Shown piece after piece: positions 17,201 through 25,402 of a stretch of 64,000 nt of DNA; within the stretch, counting starts at the first letter, position 1, and every line of letters begins with the position of its first letter. The stretch spans positions 1 to 64,000 of the IMG/VR virus record IMGVR_UViG_2799112278_000002; one strand, given 5' to 3'. A program made the position numbers and the translations under genes. The notes beneath the pieces are model-generated. The model did not search any database and was not told where the DNA came from. It was given only the letters and a program-made list of their open reading frames with translations. This DNA comes from a virus. Lineage: Duplodnaviria; Caudoviricetes.

Positions 17201-19596
17201 GTATACCCATTACGCAAATGATCTTCGGCTGTCTGCCGTAGGATATACTCCCAATCCTCTTTCTTTGGATATCCGACATATTCCTTACCAGTTTTTCCGC
17301 TGGTCATTTGGCGCTTGTAGGTTTCCAGTGCATCACGGTACCATTTATAATTCATAGATCCACCGCGACTAACAACACCCTGTTTCATTTGTCCACGCAA
17401 AAGGTTTATATAATCAGCCACCATGCGATTACGGGTAGATTCAATTTCGCTTTGGACAAGATTAATCGGGGCTTTATGATGATCCAATACATCTACAAAT
17501 AGCTTGCTCAAATCATTAAGCTTATTATAATTATCTGCCCGTTTCAGTTCATCGATCGTTAGTCTTTCACGGACATTCGGTTGAATAACCGAGTTTTCAT
17601 AAAGTTTTACTCTACTGCCAAACCCAAGATCCCGGGCAATATTAGCAGCCGCAGCTAAATCTTGGCGTTGCACAGCATTCGCTAAACGCCTACGCATCCC
17701 GGCTTGCCAAGAATCCGGTAGAGGTTCTGCTTTTTGAGGAATAAGTCTTTGCCTCAATTCGGCTAATGCCTGAATACCGGCTGCGTTAGGTCCATCTTGA
17801 CCTGGCAATACAATACTGACATCGCTCTGGGCTGCCGGAGTGATGATATTTGCTGGTTTTTGCCCAGTAATATCAAGCAACTGTTTCTCTGCCTGCAGCC
17901 TATCTTCCTTTTGCTTTATTGAATCCTGTCTTTCTAACTCTTGCTGCTTTTGTTCCTGCGTCATAAACGGCTGTATTGGTTCAACACTTGGCAAATCCGG
18001 CCGTTGCAGGACAGAATATTCATGAGGCATATTATCGGCCGGCAAGGTAGTTTGTTGAATACTATTTATAAAAGCGTTACGTTGCTGCTCAAGATTTAAA
18101 AGGAGTTCCGTACCTTTAGGCGTAATTGGTGTAATTCCATCTTCAGCAGAAATATCTCCACTATCAATAGCTTGCATGATTGCTTCGACTTCAAAATTGT
18201 TCAGATCTTCTTCCGATCTAAAAGCAGGTGTTTTCATTTGAGGCAGATCCGAATTGCCATTGATCACTGGCTGTTCGCTTTGGGTCCCGTTCTTCTCGGA
18301 AGTAATATTCTCTGCAGGCTTTTCTTTAGAGAAATCTCCGTTTTTAACACGCGAAATCGTACCTGGTACATTAAACAGAATCCCAGCGCCGAAACCACCG
18401 GCAGCTTGCTCCATCAAATCATCATCCCAGTTTAAGGGATTTATTTGTGCTTCTGGAATTTTACTACGGGCTTCCATTAAATTCTTGCGCCTCTGTTCAC
18501 CTTCAGGTGTCGTAGCGTCTGCCATCTGGATTTCCTTATCCAAGGCTTCAATTAAAGCCGAACGCTTGACGTTTTCTTGCCCGACTTCCTCACCGGCGTT
18601 TTGTAATCCCGCGATTCCATAACGGGCAGATTCACCCAATACATTTCTCAGAATTCGCTGTGGTCCCTTGAAAGGCAATTCAGTAAAAGCAGTTGCGATT
18701 TCGAATGCATTAGATCCAGTCAAAAGCTTAATGTTTAACTCAACAACCCTATTACGAATCTGGGATGCTTGTTCATGCGAAAGTCCGGACTCAATTGCCT
18801 CATTATAGGCATCGTTTCCCTCAACTTGCGCTTCAGCATAGGCAGCAGGTGCTTGTATATAAGCCCCGCTTAATACATTGCCTGCATATTTTGATAACAC
18901 TGCCGGAGCGTTCGCAGCAATTTTAGCAGCTGTAGGAGAAAGCTCTGACAACTTTTCAAAAGCATTTACTGCAGCCGGAACATTCTTGGCAGCGCCGATA
19001 CCACGGCCAAGTACATTCATCGCTGCATATTCTCCTGATTGCGATAATGCAGATGGATTCCTTGACTTTAATCCTGTTAATGCGGCCAGGCCAAGTCCAA
19101 CACTGGTAGGAGCCATAGTAGTTAAAGTCTGACCCCACCACTCAGGAGAATAGCTCTCATACTTCTGCTGGGGTACTAATTTTTGTAATCCATCACCGAT
19201 ATTATCAATCTTCTTAATTAAAGGAGTTTGTTTTTCATTCCATTCCTGGTCCGTCATATATTGAGGTTTGTGCATCGTTTTAACAGCGTTATTGATAAGC
19301 GAAACTGCAGTACCAATACCATAAGGGATTGCGTCAGAGATTGCCTTAGTGACTCCTGAAAACTTGGGCGGCCCATCATTTGCAACACTAGCTTCAGAAG
19401 AAAGCTCCCATGGCTCTAACCCACCAAAGTCAACTTGAATATCCTCTGGATGGCTAGAAGAAAGGCCGTCAAGCGACGGCCTTTCAAATGTTAATGGGAT
19501 ATTTGCATATTGTTCTGCCTGGACATCCATTATTTTTTGTTCATTTTCTTTTATTGCAGCCTGCAAGTCCTGCGAAAAATTACGTGTAAAGCTCAT
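8296..19596 (-). CDS. Giant polyvalent ejection protein: SF2 helicase + adenine MTase + HExxH peptidase + LPD38-like C-terminus (DarB-like)
   Basis: GTGTGKT, DESH, LSATP, GREGISLHD, QIEGRIYR; DYFATP, EPSAGHG, NPPY; HETIH; RDLTIDF..WRKDMFW..PKPF. Confidence 0.88.
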   Translation of the reverse strand: MSFTRNFSQDLQAAIKENEQKIMDVQAEQYANIPLTFERPSLDGLSSSHPEDIQVDFGGLEPWELSSEASVANDGPPKFSGVTKAISDAIPYGIGTAVSLINNAVKTMHKPQYMTDQEWNEKQTPLIKKIDNIGDGLQKLVPQQKYESYSPEWWGQTLTTMAPTSVGLGLAALTGLKSRNPSALSQSGEYAAMNVLGRGIGAAKNVPAAVNAFEKLSELSPTAAKIAANAPAVLSKYAGNVLSGAYIQAPAAYAEAQVEGNDAYNEAIESGLSHEQASQIRNRVVELNIKLLTGSNAFEIATAFTELPFKGPQRILRNVLGESARYGIAGLQNAGEEVGQENVKRSALIEALDKEIQMADATTPEGEQRRKNLMEARSKIPEAQINPLNWDDDLMEQAAGGFGAGILFNVPGTISRVKNGDFSKEKPAENITSEKNGTQSEQPVINGNSDLPQMKTPAFRSEEDLNNFEVEAIMQAIDSGDISAEDGITPITPKGTELLLNLEQQRNAFINSIQQTTLPADNMPHEYSVLQRPDLPSVEPIQPFMTQEQKQQELERQDSIKQKEDRLQAEKQLLDITGQKPANIITPAAQSDVSIVLPGQDGPNAAGIQALAELRQRLIPQKAEPLPDSWQAGMRRRLANAVQRQDLAAAANIARDLGFGSRVKLYENSVIQPNVRERLTIDELKRADNYNKLNDLSKLFVDVLDHHKAPINLVQSEIESTRNRMVADYINLLRGQMKQGVVSRGGSMNYKWYRDALETYKRQMTSGKTGKEYVGYPKKEDWEYILRQTAEDHLRNGYTDPTYGPQISEQDVDFYNDMEAALNGIKQIREEVTPALDEYLRANESSGTKDSRSIQTAAKDAIPVAREIGKPVNDVAPIIQSSEKASVIDQAEDVRPEIVDKNAEVNPDEAAKEVRNDSPEALAQGEGKGGFNGSEDNRNRLKNKLLEKAGKKPKQSKKMNIVDDSDAALQDALKELQKELQNISSNPVFNPALMSAAFKVGAIHMQRGINSFTSWSEVMLQTVGNKIEPFLNSVWKSITSWPVDVKYDSDLANTMFEYVGVLYQDGITGKEEVKRRINEDIGSEYDNIIDAIYNGVSEWPGFKNDVAEKTEAEVQSKKEGEVNGRDSSADMERNSTDLSDRDGMGSAILPDGPAGNSRSDGGRGDEARSDGAGSDRRAGVLDSGSLGSGSEGNKGIRSKSSLDKKRHSGSDLFGGSDNTGLPGVPSDPRAAEAVIESSADRTETSEKLAAQKKADSISVKVADLDNIRDTLPFLMPEQQEDVHFAEQRFKLPDGYGVLFTNGTGTGKTYSGLGVVKRFAMQGKDNILIAAPNSKIIDGWVNSGKNLNLTISKLDDTKSAGTGITITTYANLNQNQELTSRNWDLIVTDESHYLASSQNGGVTGAADNLRAIAFHRRGYYTRFNNIEKELKQQEHDAWEELRLLEKSEDEKSLAKIPVLESKAREISAKVNSLREKYFKEWDAIKPQDRPRVLFLSATPFAYVENIDYAEGFLFNYGESSDSQAYNAPDAREKFFINHFGYRMRYNKLTKPDAQVDNEVMEQQFHEWLRKQGALSGRMLSVDKDYDRKFSLVNDAIGAKIDEGLQWLWETDGGEYRELYDFVMERFKYHDRMYLLESIKSRHAVNMIKEHIALGRKVVVFHDFNKGGGFHPFKFDYVPNDIREQYNSFSAKRRDLINLNFSDLKSPIAQMKASFGEKALFFNGTVPDKVRRNNVDVFNRDDGEKSLLVVQSDAGREGISLHDTTGKHQRVLINLGMPVKPTAAIQIEGRIYRVGQKSDAIFRYLNTGTSFERYTFATKIAERATTAENLALGQDARRLREAFIDAYQLSDDYPAGAPGEGKGGKAGDRASRQEMTNFKRAISYYFGQQKKTSRSKAAEGTDYFATPEPVGLKMVEWADMKEGERALEPSAGHGAIARFFPEKGDHVMIEPSYELGPLAAMNSPARLVAERFENYHIINKFHSIIMNPPYGHGGKTAIEHVAKAFQHLYNGGRIVALIPDGGLADRRFERWMESDAAEDAYLVGAVKLPAVTFERAGTSIRTKIVIIEKYREKDNEQLNKLQQRNIDLSNADNINELFDRLENLSMPERAIKSEQSQLEVVQDQNVETVNFDLGEFKHTKTLKTLYVATPTKHLGDDFSKISKIAKQHNGWYNSFNKGGALKGFAFENAADRKAFLDEFAQDKKQDIGIDKLAVGLDPTFGKFDDVDIEAALLPYINKAKEAIPRLVRLGQHLMEQGNTTGKEWMAKMRETLGHMWNNFRSVIGSVWKEVRDTAANKRTSDVAGGGNGGQSGKQEPGGRGPEKDNRNNRGRSNGIGMGRNESEKSFDERARVRERFESSLSKEQVDQILNAIDEFHGELAQQIIKFIAAGKVTYALGTVEDFSGIRSLQMARYLPLERKVIFNPSRFGDDLAQIFVHETIHGMDHNGVFDNEVLSYIKEKWIVEGNTVLQGLRGNDKLTYEKLIDIIRSERNLDKLIKRFIQNQDSDIREINSNLRRLGDGDKTYSDLVALYALAKDTLSKQQFSLFDKLFEQEGLAYYLSENPDVFTDVLKQTQGRSQSNYMEPKAAEDRKAEAKGQMTFRPAAKDGKTDFTEQNKRMMAGLEKRGWKRIENQDGSITYQQNEQQPPKAADVISATNTQVRAGAASEKVPDKLEFKFTKPNVQKISRRSIRDKITELFAPVRWGRAASSNEFKEFANVIRSQKAYDFPGLLKSIGELLDNQFRLSELPHAIELKGGVGQFFIDYVTGNTAQYPNFTNEFEKAIGSKIRDVRLIQDMMYRWYNQTSRERVSGVISWDQKEKLTLRSLSAKSKEQAGKALAYVYRQLVERRFPIKQAIDQVEKLIGKKLPMEQNPYIQALLTRGLAGKANAMLGIGKNKSTNAQAVRDGLKAVHPGVDFSKFVPLSDIMSSIGADRNEEVYQELFEYVVSKHMLTVANKKEAPLDYDDWLNTVEDARPEIVNAGRQIVDFSNTLMDIMVDYGVVSKGKAEGLRKAYPNYVPLMRVFEEAAYEKLGDSLKEMVGSVRDIVNPAESIVHNVFKMLEQAERNKVKQLFADIADNHANMGWLIEEVPEIAYAEKEVALEDVAETIIKKGETFVEYDSKNEPKWLNTDKDGNPVDEKGNELIITHSDNGKIESIIAKRPVRNGASDKDSVFKVLVNGKAKFYQIGVPEVYKSMMEQEVDTSNLFLKFLSMVVRVARAGFVSLNPAFLAVNVSRDLVTSYVNSPSGYMPKGDFFRGMMAIAKQDKLWWEYVSSGTAMADFYSTDRNFAQEAIKKIRKQTALGKFSPMHMIELLERVGQMVESAPRVGEYIREKEQGFSLPERAFNARDLTIDFSKGGPASVVWNRVAVFSKVTILDWDKVFRVLFTGGNELKEKINDVAAGKGSVKDVVYDRTMQAWVKHIVLLTIPSLLLWWMYKDDDRYKKLPQWRKDMFWNVPINDTFTFSVPKPFLAGTMFATMPVRFMEWAVQNNPDAFKQVGKLLTNQLPTLLPTAITPVYEHMSNYSLFSDKSIVPQGEKTLPPERQYGPSTTLIARKVGEIFGVSPRFVDNYIRGYTGGVGTTITESIDLAYGKYENAPMRYWQEWPVVRRFFTQNYRNADNIGDFYKQLEELEQAHKVQLMDTAAATGKSTKELRDEVPVPPDLKMYRLASKALQDNRDQSQTILVSQTIDSKSKREQIDQLNREAVIIADQALKGEFLPEKKTQTKNKISTGSIFEKAQKQLQEKQGGKSIYKQATDNVLKKEKK

Positions 19597-19611
19597 ATGA
19601 CATCGTACCCC

Positions 19612-20745
19612 CTAACGATTCTTTGCCTGCCATCCATCCCCAGAGGTGCTACTCACATACGAATTAGGCAACCCTCTGCGTTCAGATTCCATCAATATAT
19701 ACGCAATGTGATTTTCGGCAGCTTCAGTGCCTAACGCTTTCTTAAAAAAGTTTTCATATGCTTCCAAGTTCTCGCGTATCTCACCCGCATCATTCATGCT
19801 CGCTATACTTGCCAACATTGTCTTAGCGGTATCAACATCTTTCGGGTTAGTGCTTGGGCCAGTATAATATTTTTCTTCGCTGTTAGAACCAGATCCCTTG
19901 CCTGATTTGCCAGAACTACCCGCACTAGGGGTCTGTTTTCGTAATAACCCATACTGCCCATTAATATTAGCCGTATCAATTCTGCCTTTATATCCCATAT
20001 CGGCAGTATATTTATTGGTAGGATCTATACCTTTGCCGAATTGCTGCATGGAAACTTTGCCATACGGACCACCTTTCTTATCATACATTGTTTGTACTAC
20101 TCGATCGCCAAGATCATCTTCTTTTATGGCATAATCTCCAATACCTGCCTTGTAAATATCAGGTAATTCTTTTGTATTACCGGTAAGAGCCATATACTCA
20201 ACGAGTGCGTTATTCCGTGAATTATAGTCAGGTGAACCTTGATATTTTGTCAAAAAGCCATTCAGTAAATATGCCTGCCTTGCTTGATCTTGTTTTGCAT
20301 TAAAATCACCGGCCATCGTACCCGCGAGCTTATAAGCCTGGTCGGGCGACATTCCTGCTTTTGCTCCCGTGGTTGCTATAGAAAGGATATCAGCAGCACT
20401 GAGTTTTTGCGGATTTATTTCTGCATTACGTTTTTGCGTTGTATATTGATTTCGCGCCTGTTGCGATTGCTGCGCAACAGCCTTTTGTTCACCAGCGTTA
20501 TCATCCCCCAAGATTGCAGTCATTCCATCATCCAATGAGGGAACATTTCCAATGTAGGTATTATCTATAGCTGCAGATTGCTCTTGCTGTTGCTTTTGAA
20601 TGCCCTGTTCTTTGGCATTATAAGCAGCCAGAAGCTGGTTCATCCCTTCTCTTTCTCTTTTTTGAGCTCCTTGATGAGCCAAATAACTCCCTATTAAACC
20701 GCCGATTTCTCCCCAACGATTATCTGCAGGTATAAGAATAGCCAT
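19612..20745 (-). CDS. Probable ejection (internal virion) protein
   Basis: N-terminal GEIGGLIGSYLA Gly-zipper and Q/A-rich helices, in the podoviral ejection-gene position. Confidence 0.55.
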   Translation of the reverse strand: MAILIPADNRWGEIGGLIGSYLAHQGAQKREREGMNQLLAAYNAKEQGIQKQQQEQSAAIDNTYIGNVPSLDDGMTAILGDDNAGEQKAVAQQSQQARNQYTTQKRNAEINPQKLSAADILSIATTGAKAGMSPDQAYKLAGTMAGDFNAKQDQARQAYLLNGFLTKYQGSPDYNSRNNALVEYMALTGNTKELPDIYKAGIGDYAIKEDDLGDRVVQTMYDKKGGPYGKVSMQQFGKGIDPTNKYTADMGYKGRIDTANINGQYGLLRKQTPSAGSSGKSGKGSGSNSEEKYYTGPSTNPKDVDTAKTMLASIASMNDAGEIRENLEAYENFFKKALGTEAAENHIAYILMESERRGLPNSYVSSTSGDGWQAKNR

Positions 20746-20760
20746 GTTTCATCCTCCTTC

Positions 20761-21345
20761 CTACCACTGTGGCTTTTTAAAGCCACCTGATGCCCACCCG
20801 CTTAATGCAGAACCTAATAAACCACTACTCCCCTGCGTAACTGCAGTTTGAGCAGGCTGACTCATACTTTGCCTAAATCCTAACCAATTATCGTACAGGC
20901 CACTTCCCAGAGCAGTATTGCCTTGACCCATGCTATATAGGCTTTGTGCATTTTGTGCCTGCTGATTCAGAACCGACTGCAGATTATCCATTACCCAATT
21001 ATTAGCATCTGTACCGGCCTGTGCTAATGCATTTTGTGTCATGGAATTTGCCCCAAGATTTCGAAAGGCCATATTATTAGCAATTGATCCGACTTGCTTA
21101 TTGTAGTTATCCAAGCTTAGGCGCTGCAGATTAGCTGCGACATCACCATTTACTTGCCCATTAGCGGTTTGCGACATTAAGTCCGTCCCTTGATTGATCA
21201 AACCGCTTGCTGACCCTAGAAGCCCTGAAGCAACTCCCGTAAGCTGCTCTCGCATAGCTTTCTCATAGTCGGTTTCAGGTTGAATTTGTGCAGCTACGCT
21301 TTTAACCTTCGGGCTTGACCCGAATAGTCCACTTAAGAGTCCCAT
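20761..21345 (-). CDS. Probable ejection/pilot protein
   Basis: MGLLSGLFGSSPK start and GLLGSALSGWASGG end; G/S/N/Q-rich. Confidence 0.6.
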   Translation of the reverse strand: MGLLSGLFGSSPKVKSVAAQIQPETDYEKAMREQLTGVASGLLGSASGLINQGTDLMSQTANGQVNGDVAANLQRLSLDNYNKQVGSIANNMAFRNLGANSMTQNALAQAGTDANNWVMDNLQSVLNQQAQNAQSLYSMGQGNTALGSGLYDNWLGFRQSMSQPAQTAVTQGSSGLLGSALSGWASGGFKKPQW

Positions 21346-21346
21346 G

Positions 21347-22015
21347 TTATCCCTCCTGTTCAATACTGACTGAAATAGACTCAATGTAGCATGAGTTATG
21401 GTCCTTTGACGTGCATTTAGCCCATATACAAAGCCCTACCGTGTGAGGCCCAGCATCTACCGTATAGGCTTTTTCATCGGCTATTAACTCATTGGTATAG
21501 GTAACAGTACCTGTTTTACCGTAAGAAGCATACTCCCTAATCATGTAAGGTGTGTTATCAATATGTAGGCCTATTTTGGTATAAACCTGATCGGCCCACC
21601 CACCGCCTGTATCGGTATGGCCGGTGAGTCTTAGCGTGATAAGTAAGGGTTTGTCTTTGTCCTGCGATACAAAGGGGATACTGCCGAAGTAATAATATTT
21701 TCCCGGTACGCTCCCGCTAAGGTTGTACAGATAGGCATTAGATTCGATATCCTGCGAGGCATCGAATGGTGAGTACTCTGTTTTAGCCTTGTAGATCGTA
21801 TTGTCTTGCCCCCTAAAGGTTAACGCCGAAGCAAAATAGCTGTTTAGATTCTTTGTTACTGGCAAATAGACCGGATTACCGGCTACATCTTTTAGTTCAA
21901 TGAAATTCCCATCCGCAATATCGTCAGTAGAGGTATACAGTTTGTGAACAGTAGTCACAGCACCTAACGTATCATCTATCCTACGGGTATAAAGCTTATA
22001 ATCACTCACTGCCAT
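21347..22015 (-). CDS. Tail-associated beta-sandwich protein
   Basis: Beta-rich, within the tail module; start placed at ATG 22015. Confidence 0.5.
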   Translation of the reverse strand: MAVSDYKLYTRRIDDTLGAVTTVHKLYTSTDDIADGNFIELKDVAGNPVYLPVTKNLNSYFASALTFRGQDNTIYKAKTEYSPFDASQDIESNAYLYNLSGSVPGKYYYFGSIPFVSQDKDKPLLITLRLTGHTDTGGGWADQVYTKIGLHIDNTPYMIREYASYGKTGTVTYTNELIADEKAYTVDAGPHTVGLCIWAKCTSKDHNSCYIESISVSIEQEG

Positions 22016-22019
22016 ATTA

Positions 22020-22328
22020 TCACTTCGCAATCCATATATTGCCGCCAACGTCAGATGTAGGTATGTTCCAGGCTGTTCCCTCGGTATCGTTTGTAAGTCT
22101 GATGCTACCATTAAGCAAGGGAAGATTATTTGCTGTTCCGTCTGCGTGCTTGCCGTCAACAGTATCTACATCACCATGCTGAATTAAAATAGCGACCTGC
22201 TGTTCGAAGTTAGACAGATCGCCGTAAGCTTTTGCAAATTCGAGTATGAATTTTTCAGCAGCCTGCTTGACTGTATCGCCGTTTGGCCCTGGTCTTGTGT
22301 CTACCGGAAATCCAGTACCATAGGTCAT
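22020..22328 (-). CDS. Tail fibre-associated protein
   Basis: DVDTVDGKHAD motif typical of fibre shafts. Confidence 0.5.
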   Translation of the reverse strand: MTYGTGFPVDTRPGPNGDTVKQAAEKFILEFAKAYGDLSNFEQQVAILIQHGDVDTVDGKHADGTANNLPLLNGSIRLTNDTEGTAWNIPTSDVGGNIWIAK

Positions 22329-22392
22329 TTAATCTCCACCTCCATTCAATATAAAAGAGAACTAAGAATTACCTTAGTCCTCGATAGTGTAT

Positions 22393-23055
22393 CTATAATC
22401 CAGTTACGTCTAGGATTAAATAATTGTAAAAAGCGTGTTTATACTGGGCTATATAGGCGTGATACGATGTGATTCTTGTATAATAGGAGTTTATTGTTCC
22501 TGCACTAAAACTAAACACTTGGATATAGACCGTGTCACCTGCATAATGAGGCATAACATAGCTAGTGCAAACTCCAGGCAAAATAGCATAAGTTTTTTCT
22601 GGGGGAATGCTATGAGAAGCAATTCCCCTCCCATTATAATCCTCGCCATAGTGTGTAGTGCTTAAACTATCATATCCAGAGTTTGCCAATACTACATTCA
22701 TATACCCTTTCCCTGCTGAAAAAACCGGGACTCCACTTGGATCATACACAGTAAATAGTCCGTTGTCAGTAGAGGGGTATCCGAACACATAGTAGTATAT
22801 AGTTCCGTTGCCAATAAATCTATATTCAGTTGCAGTGGAGGTTGCTATCGGTGTTCCTGCAAGGTAGGCTGAATTATAAGTGTATACGTTTGCCCAACTA
22901 CCAGGAGCAGCACGTATAGCTATTACTTCATCTGGCCCAACTGTAACCGCTCCTCCACTTGTAGTAGTTCCTACGCTAATAAGCTGTAAGTTCTTATAAA
23001 GACCATCAATCTGTATAATCCCATCGTTATTAAAAACCTGCAATCCGTAATTCAT
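22393..23055 (-). CDS. Tail-tip accessory protein
   Basis: MNYGLQVFNNDG..IDG..KN start, typical of genes following gpJ-like tips. Confidence 0.55.
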   Translation of the reverse strand: MNYGLQVFNNDGIIQIDGLYKNLQLISVGTTTSGGAVTVGPDEVIAIRAAPGSWANVYTYNSAYLAGTPIATSTATEYRFIGNGTIYYYVFGYPSTDNGLFTVYDPSGVPVFSAGKGYMNVVLANSGYDSLSTTHYGEDYNGRGIASHSIPPEKTYAILPGVCTSYVMPHYAGDTVYIQVFSFSAGTINSYYTRITSYHAYIAQYKHAFYNYLILDVTGL

Positions 23056-23056
23056 A

Positions 23057-23368
23057 TCAGTACACCCCGTAAGTTACGATGTAAGGAACATTATGAGTTG
23101 ATATTCCTGAAGCATTTGTTACAGAAAAAGTCCATGATAATGTTTCTCCTTGAAAGCTTACAACACACTGTCTACAGTAATCCCTAACACTGCTACTTGG
23201 AATCTGTGTAAAATACCACGGATTTCCCATTAAAAGATTGACATCTACTAAGCTGCCAGGAGAAGTACCTGTATTGAACCTTCCAAGTACCCTAGTTATT
23301 CTTCCAGTCACATCTAGAATAACATTCCCGTTTGCATCGAAGCATTGCAATCCCTGTGGCATCACCAC
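23057..23368 (-). CDS. Tail-tip accessory protein
   Basis: MPQGLQCFDANGNVILDVTGRITRVLG, same family context. Confidence 0.55.
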   Translation of the reverse strand: MVMPQGLQCFDANGNVILDVTGRITRVLGRFNTGTSPGSLVDVNLLMGNPWYFTQIPSSSVRDYCRQCVVSFQGETLSWTFSVTNASGISTHNVPYIVTYGVY

Positions 23369-25401
23369 ACCCCCATTCTTACCCGTATTACATTATTCTC
23401 ATCATACACTATGATCAAATTATCTTTTATCTCTATCCTCGCCCCTGTAGTAGCAGTACGCAGCGTTCCTATAACCCCGCCCGAGAGAGCTCCGAGATTA
23501 CTGGCTGTAAGCTTCCCGGTTATATCAAGATTGCCAGAAATGACTGTATTTCCATCAATCTCAATCATCCGGCCTTTTAACTTAACCCCAGCAGGACTTA
23601 AATTAATCCGCGAAACAATAATCTCACCAGTTAAATCATCGTTGCCTTGCGACACAAGATCTATTTGATCCTTTAAAGCGGTAATTGCTGAGTATGCACA
23701 GTTTTCTGGGGATTTTTCTAATTCTGTAACGATTGCGGATATACTGTTGTTGGTTATTTGAAGATCTGCAGTACTAGCTTTTGAAGCTACTGTTGTTTGA
23801 ATGCTATCTGCCTTTTGGTTTACGGCCGATATCTGTCCGGCTTGATTACTAACCGTAGAGGTTAAGCCTTCAATACTTACCCTTAAATTCGCTAAGTTTG
23901 GCATCTTATTAGAGGGTGCCGTCGGCGATTGAGTAACAGCCAAATTTATCTGATCAGGTAATTGGTCAATTCGTGTAGCCTGCTGTGACACCTTGCCATC
24001 AGCATCAGCTTTGTTCGCCACGACTGTTTGATGTATTCCATTGACATCAATTTCAACCGCTGCAAGCCGTGTTGTCAGAGGGTTAATTTGAGTAGTTGCT
24101 ATGTCATTTTTAGCGGATGTGACTGCTGCAGTTATCTGCCCGGGTACTGCATTAATCTGACTGTTCAGTGTGGATACTTTCCCGTCAGCATCCGTTTTGT
24201 TTGCCGAAACAGTAGCCTGTATAGCATCCGTAGTTTGTTTAATTTTCGTAAACGAGATGTAAGGCTGCGTAACATTTGTGAATGGATCAGTATTTAAGTT
24301 GGTCACAACAGAAGAAATCTGACCAGCCGTCTGCGTAATTTGACTAGCCTGCTGAGATAACTTGCCATCCGTATCGGTTTTATTGGCCGAGACAGTTGAA
24401 GCTATACTATCAGCTTGCTGCTTCAGGCTTGAAATCGCAGTATACTGACTAGCTGCACCGGGAGCCTGGTTGAGTTTACCAACTACAGCCGTAATGCTAT
24501 CAGCGTTTTGGGTAATAGAAGAAGATTGCTGCTGAAACTTATTGTCAGCATCTGACTTGTTTGCAGATACGATTGATGCGATACCATCCGTGGTTTGTTT
24601 GATCTTAGTGAAAGATACGTAGCCAGGCTGATCTTTGTCCAGCTCAGCTACAACAGAAGAAATCTCGCCTGCCGTCTGAGTTAGCTGGCTGGTGAGATTT
24701 GTTATTTTACCATCAGCATCTGACTTGTTTGCAGATACGATTGTAGATATTGAATCTGCTGTTTGCTTTAAGCTTGAAATCGCAATATATTGGTCTTCTG
24801 CTCCCGGGGCTTGATTGAGTTTGCCGACAACAGAAGAAATGTTATTGGCCGTTTGTGTAATTAATGATCTGTTTTCACCGTCAGCTTGTGCTAATTCATT
24901 AACTTTATCATTGAACGTGGCATGACTAACTTTCGCCTGATCCAGTGCTGCAATTGCTTGATTAACACCCTCTTGCATGTTTGGAAGATCGACATTTTTG
25001 ACCTCATCAATCTCCCCTCTCAGAATATCTTCAGCCTCAGCAATCGCATTTCGGATACTAGGGATATCGACGTTTTTGACTTCATCGATCGTACTATTAA
25101 TACTGGCTTCGACTGCCGCAATAGTCTCTCGAATTTCAGTATCAATATTGACGGCTAACTCCTGCTGTGATATCAACAATTCAGTGATGTAATCGTTTAA
25201 AGCCTTAATTCGCTGCTCAATAAACTCATTTACCTTTCTTATAGCCTCGTTCATTGCTGCAATTCTCTTTTTTTGCTCATCAGACAATACATTTTCGAAT
25301 TGTGTTAGTGTTTTCGCATTAGCATCCAGAATACGATTCAGTTGTTCAAAGTTCCTCTCCAAACTCTCCGGGGTAACTCGTGTATCTAGTCGCTGAGCCA
25401 T
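23362..25401 (-). CDS. Coiled-coil tail fibre/needle with internal repeats and gpJ-like C-terminus
   Basis: Repeated VSANKxDADxK..QITQTA units; ends TATTGARIEIKDNLIIVYDENNVIRVRMGVW. Confidence 0.7.
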   Translation of the reverse strand: MAQRLDTRVTPESLERNFEQLNRILDANAKTLTQFENVLSDEQKKRIAAMNEAIRKVNEFIEQRIKALNDYITELLISQQELAVNIDTEIRETIAAVEASINSTIDEVKNVDIPSIRNAIAEAEDILRGEIDEVKNVDLPNMQEGVNQAIAALDQAKVSHATFNDKVNELAQADGENRSLITQTANNISSVVGKLNQAPGAEDQYIAISSLKQTADSISTIVSANKSDADGKITNLTSQLTQTAGEISSVVAELDKDQPGYVSFTKIKQTTDGIASIVSANKSDADNKFQQQSSSITQNADSITAVVGKLNQAPGAASQYTAISSLKQQADSIASTVSANKTDTDGKLSQQASQITQTAGQISSVVTNLNTDPFTNVTQPYISFTKIKQTTDAIQATVSANKTDADGKVSTLNSQINAVPGQITAAVTSAKNDIATTQINPLTTRLAAVEIDVNGIHQTVVANKADADGKVSQQATRIDQLPDQINLAVTQSPTAPSNKMPNLANLRVSIEGLTSTVSNQAGQISAVNQKADSIQTTVASKASTADLQITNNSISAIVTELEKSPENCAYSAITALKDQIDLVSQGNDDLTGEIIVSRINLSPAGVKLKGRMIEIDGNTVISGNLDITGKLTASNLGALSGGVIGTLRTATTGARIEIKDNLIIVYDENNVIRVRMGVW

Positions 25402-25402
25402 A

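Noticed and set aside
8296-19596. Tape-measure protein or intein-containing gene
   Set aside because: It has enzyme motifs rather than TMP repeats, there are no tail-tube genes, and I saw no intein splice motifs.
8529-19734. Numerous antisense and alternative-frame ORFs within the giant gene
   Set aside because: Shadow ORFs with no RBS or recognisable motifs.
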